From the NCBI GenBank assembly GCA_963662285.2, contig CAXXMV010000006.1, positions 672,001 through 736,000 on the forward strand: a DNA stretch of 64,000 nucleotides, read 5' to 3'. Numbering within the stretch: position 1 is the stretch's first letter; every line of letters starts with the position of its first letter. The translations under genes were made by a program, and so were the position numbers. Below the pieces are notes generated by a model. It made no database searches, was not told the origin of the DNA, and saw only the letters and a list, made by a program, of their open reading frames with translations. Below, one piece after another: positions 21,001 to 30,798 of this stretch. This stretch comes from a bacterium. GTDB taxonomy: Bacteria > Hinthialibacterota > Hinthialibacteria > Hinthialibacterales > Hinthialibacteraceae.

Positions 21001-21216
21001 TCAATCATCGGCTTCTGGCTTATCCTGATGACCTGGTATGGGGTTAATTTTATATTGGCTTCGGGTTTGCATAGCTATGGATTCGGCGCGGGTGGAACCA
21101 TTTATATCATTATCTTTATGATTGTTGAAACCCTGTTCCTGATTATTGTTGGCGTTAAATATCTCATCGCTATATTTAAGGGTGGTTATTGTCTGAATCA
21201 GGATGACCAGGATTAA
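18097..21216 (+). CDS. ccsA: System II cytochrome c biogenesis ResB-like + CcsA (single ORF as assembled)
   Basis: THLGIILILIG, MNNPL.YNG...YQSSY (ResB); WAAESWGRFWGWDPKETW (WWD motif) and GLHSY. Confidence 0.9.
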   Translation: MTKYILSTIRFLSSTKLAVVLLVGLTIILSIATFYESSTSASDAQRLFYKSFWFNILLFLLGLNVLCSALIRWPWKKQQIGFVITHLGIILILIGAVITSTTGIEGQLALIEGQTGDSITIPESVFTVKAPRLKVQQDFDPWFLESPIPDGKEILFNVDQTAINCYITRLLFNPRVIEHVTENGHVDNPAVQIKFHHSGQSMSEAHEWLLANSAQRNQLNLGAGSIVFKRIQSQAEMQSILDSTKAPTNQFTILLNESNQLSYISFDSSGNAKNNQITLEKIIETPWPSLKISVEKLYPKAQISQELIDADDQMGGGHPLPLAQARIEYQGQSQQLNIFYNRPETITIAGETVEIEFGQKQVPLGFSIQLIDFQAPRYPGTNRPSRFQSQVKLIDKSQGINEERLIYMNNPLAYNGFLVYQSSYEEGVNGRPDTSIFSVALAPGTPLVYLGSFVLCCGMAFMFFRKMKRKQENILTNQGQGVGSIVRRSLLLLGLMAIIIPTVQAVEVPKNLNYDIVRSIPILEGGRYKPLGTFAGESMQEITGRWKFNKTDPMAYLCAMMISQEWYNEPLIKINYHALKEMLGYKPERTHFSYKELVSNQQFMDLVERIRQRMMMHTELTRLETELTIVYNKLELFDQIQTGEALTIVPATGDDEEKPWLPIIKPSDYPQETQQELHTVFVHLLDAAKADDAAMFNKYGLELKNILAGLNNELYPPIIDIEREVVYNSSRPFLKSWIFYLLSFLMFLASFYFMKSRPLYWGAMAVCLIGFSYNTWGLIFRGMIAHRAPVSNMYESVIFVGWGILLFALIYELIYRARWFGAPASLLGVCTLILADILPFDPNIEPLQPVLRSNYWLITHVLTITLSYSAFLLAMGLAHINLAVYFYIPNRKDLLNNLSLFLYRILQAGVILLAAGTLLGGVWAAESWGRFWGWDPKETWALISLLGYMAILHARFTDWIADYGTAVCSIIGFWLILMTWYGVNFILASGLHSYGFGAGGTIYIIIFMIVETLFLIIVGVKYLIAIFKGGYCLNQDDQD

Positions 21217-21237
21217 AGGATATGCAGGATTTCCGTT

Positions 21238-21317
21238 TAGGGCAACCATGAAGGATTGCCCCTACTTGTTATCGTTGGTGGATTTTTGATGGGTCGGTGA
21301 AGCGTGACCCATCCTAC
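21238..21317. repeat. Pair of GTAG-type REP-like palindromes
   Basis: GGGCAACC..GATTGCCCCTAC and GATGGGTC..GACCCATCCTAC hairpins ending in CTAC. Confidence 0.7.
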
Positions 21318-21413
21318 GCATTGGTGGATTTTTGGTTAAGGTATCTTATAGTGGTTATCATGAATAAACCTATTCATGATAACCACTTTTTTCGTCATTT
21401 CTTCCCTATTCAA

Positions 21414-23270
21414 TCAAAACATCTTCTTCAAGACGCCAACTTCTATGTTGCTGGGGTATTTTGCAGAGCGATATATGCTGTTAGTTACTTTGATGAAATC
21501 ATCTTGATCCGCTTCAAAAATATTGGGGACGTATTTCTGTGGATTGCGGTCGATAAACGGGAACCAGGTGCTTTGTACGTGAACCATGATCCGGTGTCCG
21601 CGCTTGAAGTTGTGTAAGACATCCCACAACTCAAATGATACTTCGGTAATTTCATTTGGGTTAAATGGCTTGGGTTTCTCGTAACTTTCGCGGAAGCGGC
21701 CCCGGAAGGCTTCAGCGCGAATTAAGGCTTGTTGAGCCGACTTTTCTTCCAAATCATCTGGATATACATCAATCAATTTTACGATCCAATCCGAATCGGT
21801 TCCGGTGGTGGAAACGAATAGATTGGCTTGGATGGTTCCAGCCAGCGTTACGTCTTCTTCGAGAATGTCTGTTTGATACACCAATACATCCGGCCTGCGG
21901 GATGCGAAGCGTTGGTCTTCTGTGTAAAAGGTGTTGTTTATAAACTGCGAATTATCCTTGGTATGGGGAACAGGTTTGGCGGGATCGCTGATATAAGAAT
22001 CAAGAGCCTTGGAACCTTCTTTGGGTTTGTTAAATGACAACGCCCCGTTTTTGTTGAAATAGAATTTGGTTCTCTCAGCCGATTTGGGCGGCCATTGATC
22101 GAAATGCCGCCAACGATTGGCGCCGGTTTCAAACATTAAGGCTTCGGGAAGGTTGAGTTCGCCTGCTTCATCTTTTAAGTAATGCTTAAAGAATTGTAAG
22201 TCGACGTTGTTCTTGAAATACTCAGAGGTGGGGAATCCAAAATCTGCATCGCCCAACTCGCTTCCCTGGTCGCCAAGCCATCCACCATGGCGCCACGGCC
22301 CCATGACCAGCATGTTAAAGATATCTGGATTCTCCTGCTCAATCTTCTCATAGGTTTTTAATGGCCCGAATAGGTCTTCGCGGTCGTACCATCCGCCGAC
22401 CACCATAACCGCCGCTTTGATGTTTTTGAGATGAGGCCGGATATTGCGTTTCTGCCAGAACGAGTCGTAATTGGGATGTTGCGTTACATTAGTCCATAAT
22501 TTGGATTTCTTTTCAAAATAGGATTTATCAACATTTTTCAATGGCCCTACATCCATAAAGAATTTGTATGCATCGGTTGTTTCGATTTCATAGATGGGAT
22601 CAGACCATTCATCAACAAGCCCTTCCCGTTTTTGCGGAACTCTATTGAGAAAGCCAAACCAATGATTAAGTAAATAGGCGCCGTGATGGTAAACATCATC
22701 CCAACAAAAATCCGTAACCGGCGCTTGCGGGGAGACCGCTTTTAAGGCGGGGTGAGAATCTATAGAACCGGCTGACGCGTAAAAACCGGGATAGGATATT
22801 CCCCATTGCCCGACTTTTTCATTATGATTGGGGATATTATTCAGGAGCCATTCAATCGTATCATAAGTATCAGTACTTTCATCGATATCTTTATTGCTTT
22901 TCTTGTCAGCGATATGCGGAGTCATGTGAACAAACTCACCCTCCGACATAAAACGCCCCCTTACATCCTGATAGACGAATATAAAGCCTTCTTTCTCGAA
23001 CGCGCCATGCGGACTGATAGCGCCCCGGTATTGATCGGGTCCATAGGGGCCAACGCTATATGGGGTGCGTAACAGTAATATTGGATATTTTTTATAGACA
23101 TCGTTGGGAGTATAAATTGAGGTGAATAGTTTCACCCCGTCACGCATGGGGATGCGGCATTCATACTTAGTGTAATTAGCGCGGATATAATCCGCCCGTT
23201 CATCCGCTTGAACTAAACCAAATTGCATACAAAACAAGAAGAGACAAACATACAAAACTTGTTTTTTCAT
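21414..23270 (-). CDS. CocE/NonD family hydrolase (alpha-amino acid ester hydrolase-like), secreted
   Basis: IPMRDGVKL, RTPY, QDVRG, GISYPG nucleophile, GPWRHG; signal peptide. Confidence 0.92.
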   Translation of the reverse strand: MKKQVLYVCLFLFCMQFGLVQADERADYIRANYTKYECRIPMRDGVKLFTSIYTPNDVYKKYPILLLRTPYSVGPYGPDQYRGAISPHGAFEKEGFIFVYQDVRGRFMSEGEFVHMTPHIADKKSNKDIDESTDTYDTIEWLLNNIPNHNEKVGQWGISYPGFYASAGSIDSHPALKAVSPQAPVTDFCWDDVYHHGAYLLNHWFGFLNRVPQKREGLVDEWSDPIYEIETTDAYKFFMDVGPLKNVDKSYFEKKSKLWTNVTQHPNYDSFWQKRNIRPHLKNIKAAVMVVGGWYDREDLFGPLKTYEKIEQENPDIFNMLVMGPWRHGGWLGDQGSELGDADFGFPTSEYFKNNVDLQFFKHYLKDEAGELNLPEALMFETGANRWRHFDQWPPKSAERTKFYFNKNGALSFNKPKEGSKALDSYISDPAKPVPHTKDNSQFINNTFYTEDQRFASRRPDVLVYQTDILEEDVTLAGTIQANLFVSTTGTDSDWIVKLIDVYPDDLEEKSAQQALIRAEAFRGRFRESYEKPKPFNPNEITEVSFELWDVLHNFKRGHRIMVHVQSTWFPFIDRNPQKYVPNIFEADQDDFIKVTNSIYRSAKYPSNIEVGVLKKMF

Positions 23271-23351
23271 GATACGGTTCCTCCTTTAATGTAATTATCC
23301 ATACTTTATTATGGTTCCATGCTGCATTTTCTTTTACAAGAGTGGTCATTA

Positions 23352-23484
23352 TCAACCCTCTCCTAACCTCTCCCAATCTTGGGAGAGGGATGTATGATTA
23401 AAGTGTTTTCAAGAACTAAGTCTAAACGATCTAAATGTCTATGTATCATAACCCCTCTCCCCCAAGCCTGGGGGAGAATTCAAG
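23352..23484. repeat. CCCTCTCCC/GGGAGAGGG REP-like hairpins (second copy split by IS481 B)
   Basis: Copy at 23352-23390 and an inverted copy from 23452 that continues at 25305-25317. Confidence 0.75.
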
Positions 23485-23578
23485 TGTATGAACCGGGCAC
23501 ATCCTTTACAGAATAAACCGGGCACATGGTTTACACAAGTCGATACTAAGAACCGACCAGAAGAAAGGAGTCGGTTCG

Positions 23579-24790
23579 ATGACTTGGAAGGAAAACAGTG
23601 CCATGGATGCAAGAATGAAATTTATTGCGGATGTCCTCCGCAAAGAAGACACACTAAGCGCCTTATGCCAAGCATATGGCATTAGTAGACCAACCGGATA
23701 TAAATGGATCAAGCGCTATCAGGAAGACGGTCCTGGTGGATTGGAGGAGCGATCCCGGGCGCCCCATACCCAAGCACTAGCCGTTTCTAAAGAGACCGAA
23801 AAAGAAGTGAAGGCTATGCGAAAAAAGTTTCCGCACTACGGTCCTAAAAAATTACGGGTGGAACTGAAAAAAAAGGATGCGACGAAGCACTGGTCGGCAA
23901 CCAGTACGATTGGCGAGATACTAAAACGCAAAAATCTGATTGTCAGCCGCAAGCAAAAAGATCGCGCCAAACCAAGTGGTGAAGCGTTAACCGAATTCGA
24001 CCAAGTGAACCGCGTATGGTGCGCGGATTTCAAAGGAGATTTTCTAACGGGAGACGAACATCGATGTTTCCCTTTAACCGTATCGGAAGGGGCTAGCCGC
24101 TATTTACTCTGCTGCCAAGGCATGCAAGAAACCAATGGCGCATTGGTACGCGTAATTTTCGAGCAGATTTTTCGCGAGTATGGTTTACCAGAAGTCATTC
24201 GAACGGATAACGGGGCGCCCTTTGCGTCGACCGGAATCGGAGGGTTAACCAAATTATCCGTGTGGTGGATAAAACTGAGAATTTATCCAGAACGAATCCA
24301 GCCGGGTCGGCCTCAACAAAATGGCCGTCATGAGCGAATTCACCGGACCTTGAAAGCAGAGGCCATTTCTCCACCAGCGCCAACGCTGCGTGAACAACAA
24401 AAACGTTTTGATCAATTTCAAAAAGTGTACAACGAAGAGCGGCCTCATGAGAGTTTGGGACAACGACCTCCCGCGCAGTTGTATCAACCCTCGCCGCGCG
24501 TCTATTCAGGTAAAGCGCCGAATTGGGAGTATCCAGAGACCATGCAGGTGCGCCAAGTGAAAACCCATGGTGAAATCAGTTGGCGAAGCAAGCATTGGTA
24601 TTTGGGGGAAGCTTTGGGAGGTGAATTGGTGGGACTAGAGGAATTGGAAGAGAATAATTGGCGCATTAGTTTGGGTAACGTGATTCTCGGTTGGTTGAAT
24701 ATGTCAAAAGGTGAGGTGGTGCGTGAATTGTCTTTGAGACGCATCAATCATCCAAAAGCAATCAGTCACCCGGCAGTATGTCCCAGGTAA
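23579..24790 (+). CDS. IS481-family DDE transposase
   Basis: SRPTGYKWIKRY; WCADFKG, TDNG, NGRHERIHRTLK; YNEERPHESL. Confidence 0.95.
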   Translation: MTWKENSAMDARMKFIADVLRKEDTLSALCQAYGISRPTGYKWIKRYQEDGPGGLEERSRAPHTQALAVSKETEKEVKAMRKKFPHYGPKKLRVELKKKDATKHWSATSTIGEILKRKNLIVSRKQKDRAKPSGEALTEFDQVNRVWCADFKGDFLTGDEHRCFPLTVSEGASRYLLCCQGMQETNGALVRVIFEQIFREYGLPEVIRTDNGAPFASTGIGGLTKLSVWWIKLRIYPERIQPGRPQQNGRHERIHRTLKAEAISPPAPTLREQQKRFDQFQKVYNEERPHESLGQRPPAQLYQPSPRVYSGKAPNWEYPETMQVRQVKTHGEISWRSKHWYLGEALGGELVGLEELEENNWRISLGNVILGWLNMSKGEVVRELSLRRINHPKAISHPAVCPR

Positions 24791-24916
24791 AAAATGAGCT
24801 AGGGAAGTATCAAGATGATGAATAATTCAGGTATTAATTTTCCTGAGATTGAATCCAGATCGTCTCTTTTTCGAGAAAATCAAAGAGCGCACGGGTGAAA
24901 AAAAAGGTGGCAATAT

Positions 24917-25100
24917 CGGGGGCGCCGCCCCCGTACCCCCGGAGTTTTTTTAGGCATTAGCACAAACTCCAGATAGTATGCAAAAAAAAGCAAAGGGACG
25001 GTTCTAAATCCGTCCCTTTAGCGACTATCCGTCGCCCGTGCACCAGGATATCCCTTGACAGGTTGCTCTCCAGCAGAGCCTGTCTCCGTTTCTCCTGGTG
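24917..25100 (+). ncRNA. Candidate structured non-coding element in the 3' region of IS481 copy B
   Basis: Stems 24917-24933, 24941-24947/24964-24970, 24972-24977/25024-25029, 24992-25001/25010-25019 and 25041-25048/25093-25100. Core covaries with copy A. Confidence 0.68.
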
Positions 25101-25304
25101 ATAATAACTATCGGATAGCTCGAAATAATCTGTAGAAAAAGAAGTAAAAAAACAGTTCTAGCAAGTAAGCAATTCAGAATACGTTGATATACCTGAAAAC
25201 GGATTATCTCTTTAAAAAAACAGATAAGTTGCCATAATTTGCGAGACAAAAGTGTAAACCATGTGCCCGGTCTAAAGTGTAAACTATGTGCCCGGTCATT
25301 CACA

Positions 25305-25368
25305 AGGAGGGGGTTGATTGGTCTAAACGCAACCCCCCTCTAACTCCCCCCAGGCTTGGGGGGAGAAT
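25305..25368. repeat. REP-like hairpin remainder plus an additional copy
   Basis: AGGAGGGGGTTGA completes the split copy; CTCCCCCCAGGCTTGGGGGGAG hairpin at 25344-25365. Confidence 0.7.
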
Positions 25369-25412
25369 TCTATGTTTCAAGACTTAATAGGATGCCTATT
25401 TTATATGTCGAA

Positions 25413-27332
25413 CTACTCTAGTTCTTTATCTGCCATTTCCGGGAAAATAAGGGTGAATGCCGTGCCTTCTCCCAGTTCGCTTTCAACTTTGATATCTCCG
25501 CCGTGGCTTTGTAGGATGCCGTAACTGACGCTTAAGCCCAGGCCGGTTCCCTTGCCAACCGGTTTGGTGGTGAAGAAGGGATCAAAAACCTTGGCGATAT
25601 TTTCCTCAGACACGCCGCAGCCGGAATCGGCGACAGTTAGCATTATATTTTGAGACTCGGCGTCATGGGAGGAGGTGATTGATAAGCGCCCTCCTTTCGG
25701 CATTGCTTCGCAGGCGTTGAGGAATAGATTGAGCAGCACTTGTTGAATCTGGTTTTTATCCGCATTGACCGCTGGCAGAGAATCGTCCAGGTCTAGTTCA
25801 GTGATGATATCGCGGAACTCTTTTTGATTGCGCAGCAAATTAAGGGTCTGTTTTACAACCTCATTGAGATTGAGCGACTCACGGGTGGAGGGCGACTCGC
25901 GGGCGAAATCCAACAAGCCCCGGATTATTTCCCGCACCCTGGTGGTCTCTTTGATGATAACATCTACGTCTTCTTTATCCTGCTGGTTCAGGTTTTCATT
26001 TTGGTGCAGCAAGTGGGCGAAGGTGAGGACGCCGGTGAGTGGATTGTTGATCTCGTGGGCGATGCCCGCCGCCAGGCGTCCGATAGAAGCCAATTTTTCG
26101 CTTTGGCCGATCTGTCTTTGAGTGGTCTGTTTCAGTTGGTTCTCTCTATCGCTGACGGCGTCGGCCATTTTATTGATGACATCGCACAGTTGCCCCATCT
26201 CGCCCGATGGTTTGATATTAATGCGCGCCGACAGGTCGCCTTTGATCAATTTTTTAGACATTTGGATTATTAATCCAATCGGTTTCAAAATATGCCTGGC
26301 GGTTAATCCCAGAAGCAGGAGGCTGACTGTAGTGGTAATGATTACCATGATCAGGAAGAAAATGATGATTATATTGCGCGTACTTTGGAAAGGTTTTTCC
26401 GGGATGCCGACATATAATGCGCCGATGATTTTATTATCAGGGTCTTTGATGGGTTCGTAGGCGGTAATATACCAATCGTTGACCACGAAAGCCCGGTTAG
26501 CCCAGATTTCACCTTTTTCAATAACCTTCCGGTAAACTTCAGCGCTTAGCCGCGTGCCGATGGCTCTCGAGCCATCAGTGTTGAGGACATTGGTGGATAT
26601 GCGAAGGTCTCCCATGAAGATAGTGGCCATGCCGTTCTGTTTGTTTTGGCGGAGATCGTTTTGAAAGAATTCGTCTTGGATGGCGTCGACGATCTCATTG
26701 CGGCGGTTGAGTAGATTGGCGCCATAGAGAATTCCGGTTAACCGGTGATTTTGAGGGTCTATGATGGGAACCGCTGCGGCGGAAATCATTCCATTTTGTT
26801 CAGTTGTCTTGTCCGACGGCAGCGCGGCAGGGGTGTCTTTAATCTGTATGAAGGCGCGCCGGGCGAGGTCTTCACTTTCACGTTGCAACTCTTGCCGGGA
26901 AAGGATTATAGTTCCAGAGGCTGGTTTTTGATTTTGTAAAACACGGGCTAAGATGAGATTGGTAGATAAATCATCTCCCGAAGAAGTGGGATTATGAGCG
27001 CGAAAGATGACTTGACCGTCATTACCAATATATGTAAGAATGTCGAATGGTTCTTCCATATTATGGAATGCGGTATCGATGATTTTATGGAAATTAACTG
27101 GAGATAACGGTTCGCTCTCTTGATGAATAGACAGGATATGAAGGATGCGTTCCATTTCAGCCAGCCGGTTGTCGTAGGATCGACGGGCGGAATTCAAGTC
27201 GAGCCGGATGCGGGTTTGCACTTCATTAATCAGGACATCCCCTACCCGCATGATGGTGATTAAGGCAAAGAGCGAATTGGCGACCAGAATGATGGATATT
27301 ATCCAGAGCGTGAGACGGAAACGTATTGTCAT
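25413..27332 (-). CDS. Cache-domain/HAMP sensor histidine kinase
   Basis: RISTNV...[13 protein letters not shown] (Cache); HAMP; AHEINNPL; DPFFTTK...GTGLGL. Confidence 0.93.
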   Translation of the reverse strand: MTIRFRLTLWIISIILVANSLFALITIMRVGDVLINEVQTRIRLDLNSARRSYDNRLAEMERILHILSIHQESEPLSPVNFHKIIDTAFHNMEEPFDILTYIGNDGQVIFRAHNPTSSGDDLSTNLILARVLQNQKPASGTIILSRQELQRESEDLARRAFIQIKDTPAALPSDKTTEQNGMISAAAVPIIDPQNHRLTGILYGANLLNRRNEIVDAIQDEFFQNDLRQNKQNGMATIFMGDLRISTNVLNTDGSRAIGTRLSAEVYRKVIEKGEIWANRAFVVNDWYITAYEPIKDPDNKIIGALYVGIPEKPFQSTRNIIIIFFLIMVIITTTVSLLLLGLTARHILKPIGLIIQMSKKLIKGDLSARINIKPSGEMGQLCDVINKMADAVSDRENQLKQTTQRQIGQSEKLASIGRLAAGIAHEINNPLTGVLTFAHLLHQNENLNQQDKEDVDVIIKETTRVREIIRGLLDFARESPSTRESLNLNEVVKQTLNLLRNQKEFRDIITELDLDDSLPAVNADKNQIQQVLLNLFLNACEAMPKGGRLSITSSHDAESQNIMLTVADSGCGVSEENIAKVFDPFFTTKPVGKGTGLGLSVSYGILQSHGGDIKVESELGEGTAFTLIFPEMADKELE

Positions 27333-27662
27333 AATTATGGTTTAGATCTTATGGTTTAGAATTCTAGTACTGTTTAAGCATAGCATTTATATTATTACAT
27401 CCTGAGGCGCCGGTTTTTAATAATGACGGATTTTATGGATTTTTGCTTCTGAATCAATCATGAATCCGGCGTAACAGTTGAGGAGATGAAAAACAAAGGC
27501 GCGGAAAATCAAAACTGCTCTAACCAAGTCATAATAATTATGTATTATAGTCATATAGAGTGAGTTTTGAAGAAATTGTTGGTTCAAATGTATAAATCGG
27601 GACATGCAATCGGTATAGTTTTATCAATTTTTCTAAAAGTATGAAATAGGAGTTTATATTCG

Positions 27663-28228
27663 ATGAGAAACAATGGCTCAAATGGTTTTACTTTGATTGA
27701 ACTATTGATAGTTGTGGCGATTATAGGCATTTTGGCGGCTATTGCGGTGCCCAATTTCTTGAATGCGCAGGTAAGAGCCAAAGTCAGCAGAGTTTTCGCC
27801 GACCTTCGGTCTTTGGGGAACGCCATCGAGATGTATACCATCGATAATAATACTCAACCAGGGGAGAATTGTGGAATAGCGGAACCAAATGGTGGCAGAA
27901 GCATTCATACCGATTCCATGTCCTTACTACGCCCGTATCTTATATGTCATCCATACCCATCGATCCGTTTCAGACCGCAACGCCGCAAAGCATCATGCCA
28001 TCTTTGGGCGATATCTGGGATGGGGCATACGTCTATGATGATGTCAGTCGAACCGGGCAAACCATGAATGTTTATGGACGATCCTATAAATATACCATCC
28101 GCAGCCCGGGACCGGCTTTGGATTGGAGTCTGGCCCATGCCTCATACGTTAACTATTTTTGTATGTCCAACGGCTTGAGGAGCCAAGGCGTTATTGCATG
28201 GCTCGGACCGGGGGGGACGATATTTTAG
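27663..28228 (+). CDS. Type IV prepilin-like protein, frameshifted near 27855-27870
   Basis: G|FTLIELLIVVAIIGILAAIAVPNF. LTTPVSY...DPF, SPGP and SNGLRSQG are in the overlapping frame 27869..28228. Confidence 0.85.
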
Positions 28229-28236
28229 GTGGTTTT

Positions 28237-28392
28237 GGTGGGCTACGCTTCGCTTTTAGCCCACCATACTTTCGGGGGGACTACGGTTGAAAATAGGTGG
28301 TTTTGGTGGGTCGGTGAGGCGTGACCCACCCTACTTTCTTTTGTGACAGAAGTGGCTTTGGTGGGCTACGCTTCGCTTTTAGCCCACCCTAC
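28237..28392. repeat. Cluster of three GTAG-type REP-like palindromes
   Basis: GGTGGGCTACGCTTCGCTTTTAGCCCACC twice (28237, 28360) flanking GGTGGGTCGGTGAGGCGTGACCCACCCTAC (28305). Confidence 0.8.
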
Positions 28393-28585
28393 ATTGTTGT
28401 AACCGCTTGGTGATAACCTGCGATTAGATGTATATTGCCTCGAAATTAAAAATAAGCAGAAAACAATAGAAAATAATAGAAAAGTCTTTGTGGAAGTTGA
28501 AAAGGTTTTGAGACGATCTCCTTGTGGACGACCGAACAAACATATAACTCAACTGACTATGACAGTAATTCAAGGGGAGAAACTC

Positions 28586-30774
28586 ATGCGTAAAAAATTT
28601 GTATTTTATTTATTCTTGTTCTCAATAAGCTTGGTCATACTAGAGACCAATAGTTATGCCAACGACAACGCAATAAATCCAAACGCCCCGATAGGCCAAC
28701 CGGGACTCTCAGTCCAATACCGTATTGATTCATCTGGAGACATCCCTGTATCGATGGTTGAGACTTTCATCCTAAGCCTCGGCGTAGTAGAACAAATAGA
28801 TAAACAACCTTTCCAATGGATTCAACTCAGCGCTACTAAAGCTAACCATGAAAAATTCGCGCTATCGATTCTCGCAAAAAATTATCCATCGGCGAATATT
28901 GAAGAAGCCCAAACCTCCATCGCCCGTTATCTCCTCAAAGAAGGCGACAGGGAAACCATAGAGTTTCGTCATGAATTCACCGGACAGGTTGTCCTGCCAA
29001 TCCTGGGCGCCTGGGAATATCTTATCCCGCAACCAATCAAGCAACTTTCATCTAATAATCCATTCCCCAAAACTCTACGCTATTTGGGACATCAATACCT
29101 GCTCGATAATCAACAAAAATCCCGAACTTTCACGCCTCCCGCTCAAACTAAAGTTATTGCGCTTCTGCCGGATGCGTTGATCGGCGTTCCCCATAATACC
29201 AAGCAAAAAGATACTACACGGCTTTATGATGATTCTGATTATGAATTGATCCGACTCACCCAAGACGATTTCAACGAAATGATCGAAGCGGGTATGAATT
29301 GCTTTCGAGCGGATAAAGATGATATAGCATGGCTTGAATACCGCAACGTATATTACTGGGGAATCAGCGCCGCTGATATGCCCTATCCCGAATACCTTTA
29401 CCGCAGCAACTACCTTGGTCCGATACTGTTTTTGGATGAACCGGGAGTCTGCACCAGGGATCATGTAATCCGCCCGCGGTTACGTAAAGACCAGCAATTC
29501 CGCAAGTCAATTACGCCGCAAACCTGCTATGAAGATTTTCAAAATTCTTTGACGAAGCCAAAAACCAGAAGAATCCGACCTTACTGCTTAAGCAATTAAC
29601 CTCGCGCCCTGATGTAAATATCGGCGATATGGATTTCCTACAGCAAAATCTTTACAGTTGGGAAACCATTGTCAGCACAGCCTTACATCAGCTGGGCGCT
29701 GATAAACGAGGACCGCCTTCATCAATCGTCTTCGAACCTCCCGGACGCGTTGGAACCACCAGGACGTTGCCGGAATTCAATATGGCGTATCAATGTCAAA
29801 TCCCAATCGACAGCCCCAAAAATCTGCTCGATATCATTTATGGATTTCTACGCGGCGCCGCCCGGTCAACCGACAAGGGTTGGGGAACCAGCATCTATGG
29901 TTCAGTCAACCGTGATGACGCTTTCTGGTTTTTTACCCACGCCTACGACCTGGGCGCTGAGAAATTCTTCTTCTGGGATTCACACCGTCTGGCCTGTGTA
30001 CCCTATGACGACTGTCTGGCCGTCACCAGAAACCTGCGCAACCATATCAACCATTATCCCCGCAGAGATTCCGCTAAATTAAAACACGCAGCTGAGGTCG
30101 CCATATTACTACCAGCTGGTTATAACCTGGGGCACGTCCACCTGGGCCGGGGAAACCTATGGGGTCTGGGAGAACTGAACCTGGAGCGCCTTAACCAAAA
30201 AGGCGTGAAATACCGCACCGTCATGCATAATTTCTTCACCGAAATTGAACGCTGCATCCGCATGGGAATTGCATTCGATCTGCTGTGGGATATCGAATCA
30301 TTCAATCCATCCGGCTACCGGGAAATTGTACGCGTTCATGAAGACGGCAAGGTAGAAGTCAAAACAAATGGTCAATCCGCCATCCACCAAGGCGCCAGAA
30401 TTCCCGCTCGTCCACGAGGCGACGCCCCGCAGATTGCGGTTGAAATTACATCCAGTGGCAAGGCGCCGCTGGAAATTACCGCTCAAGCCCGCTTAACCGA
30501 AGGCTCATCGCTGATTTATTATACTCCGGGTTCTAATGCCAAAGGCGTCTATATCAACACCAAGGTTCTGTGGGAATTATATGGACCACAAGATGAAGAT
30601 TACCAAACCTTATCTCATGCATTCAACAAAGTTGATATCAAAGACGATGGCGATCAAAGCCTCGTCGAGGTAAAATTCAAAATCGAACAACCTGGGAAAT
30701 ACCGCTTGCGGGCAGCTGCCTGCGACATGGCGGGACGTACAACCGTAGTATGGAAAGAGATTACGATCAATTGA
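28586..30774 (+). CDS. Secreted hypothetical protein, frameshifted near 29545
   Basis: Signal peptide after GGGGAG RBS; two adjacent ORFs with coding-like sequence continuing across the junction. Confidence 0.6.
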
Positions 30775-30798
30775 TGATATTTCCTAAGAGGTTTCTGT

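Larger units (their letters stand above)
23485..25304 (+). mobile_element. IS481-family insertion sequence (copy B)
   Basis: Ends TGTATGAACCGGGCACAT / ATGTGCCCGGTCATTCACA with duplicated ACCGGGCACAT...TTTACA subterminal sites at both ends. TSD not clearly resolvable. Confidence 0.9.

Noticed and set aside
28237-28392. Repeats with spacers resembling a mini CRISPR array
   Set aside because: Units are alternating palindromic REP types found elsewhere in the window, spacing is irregular and no cas genes are present.
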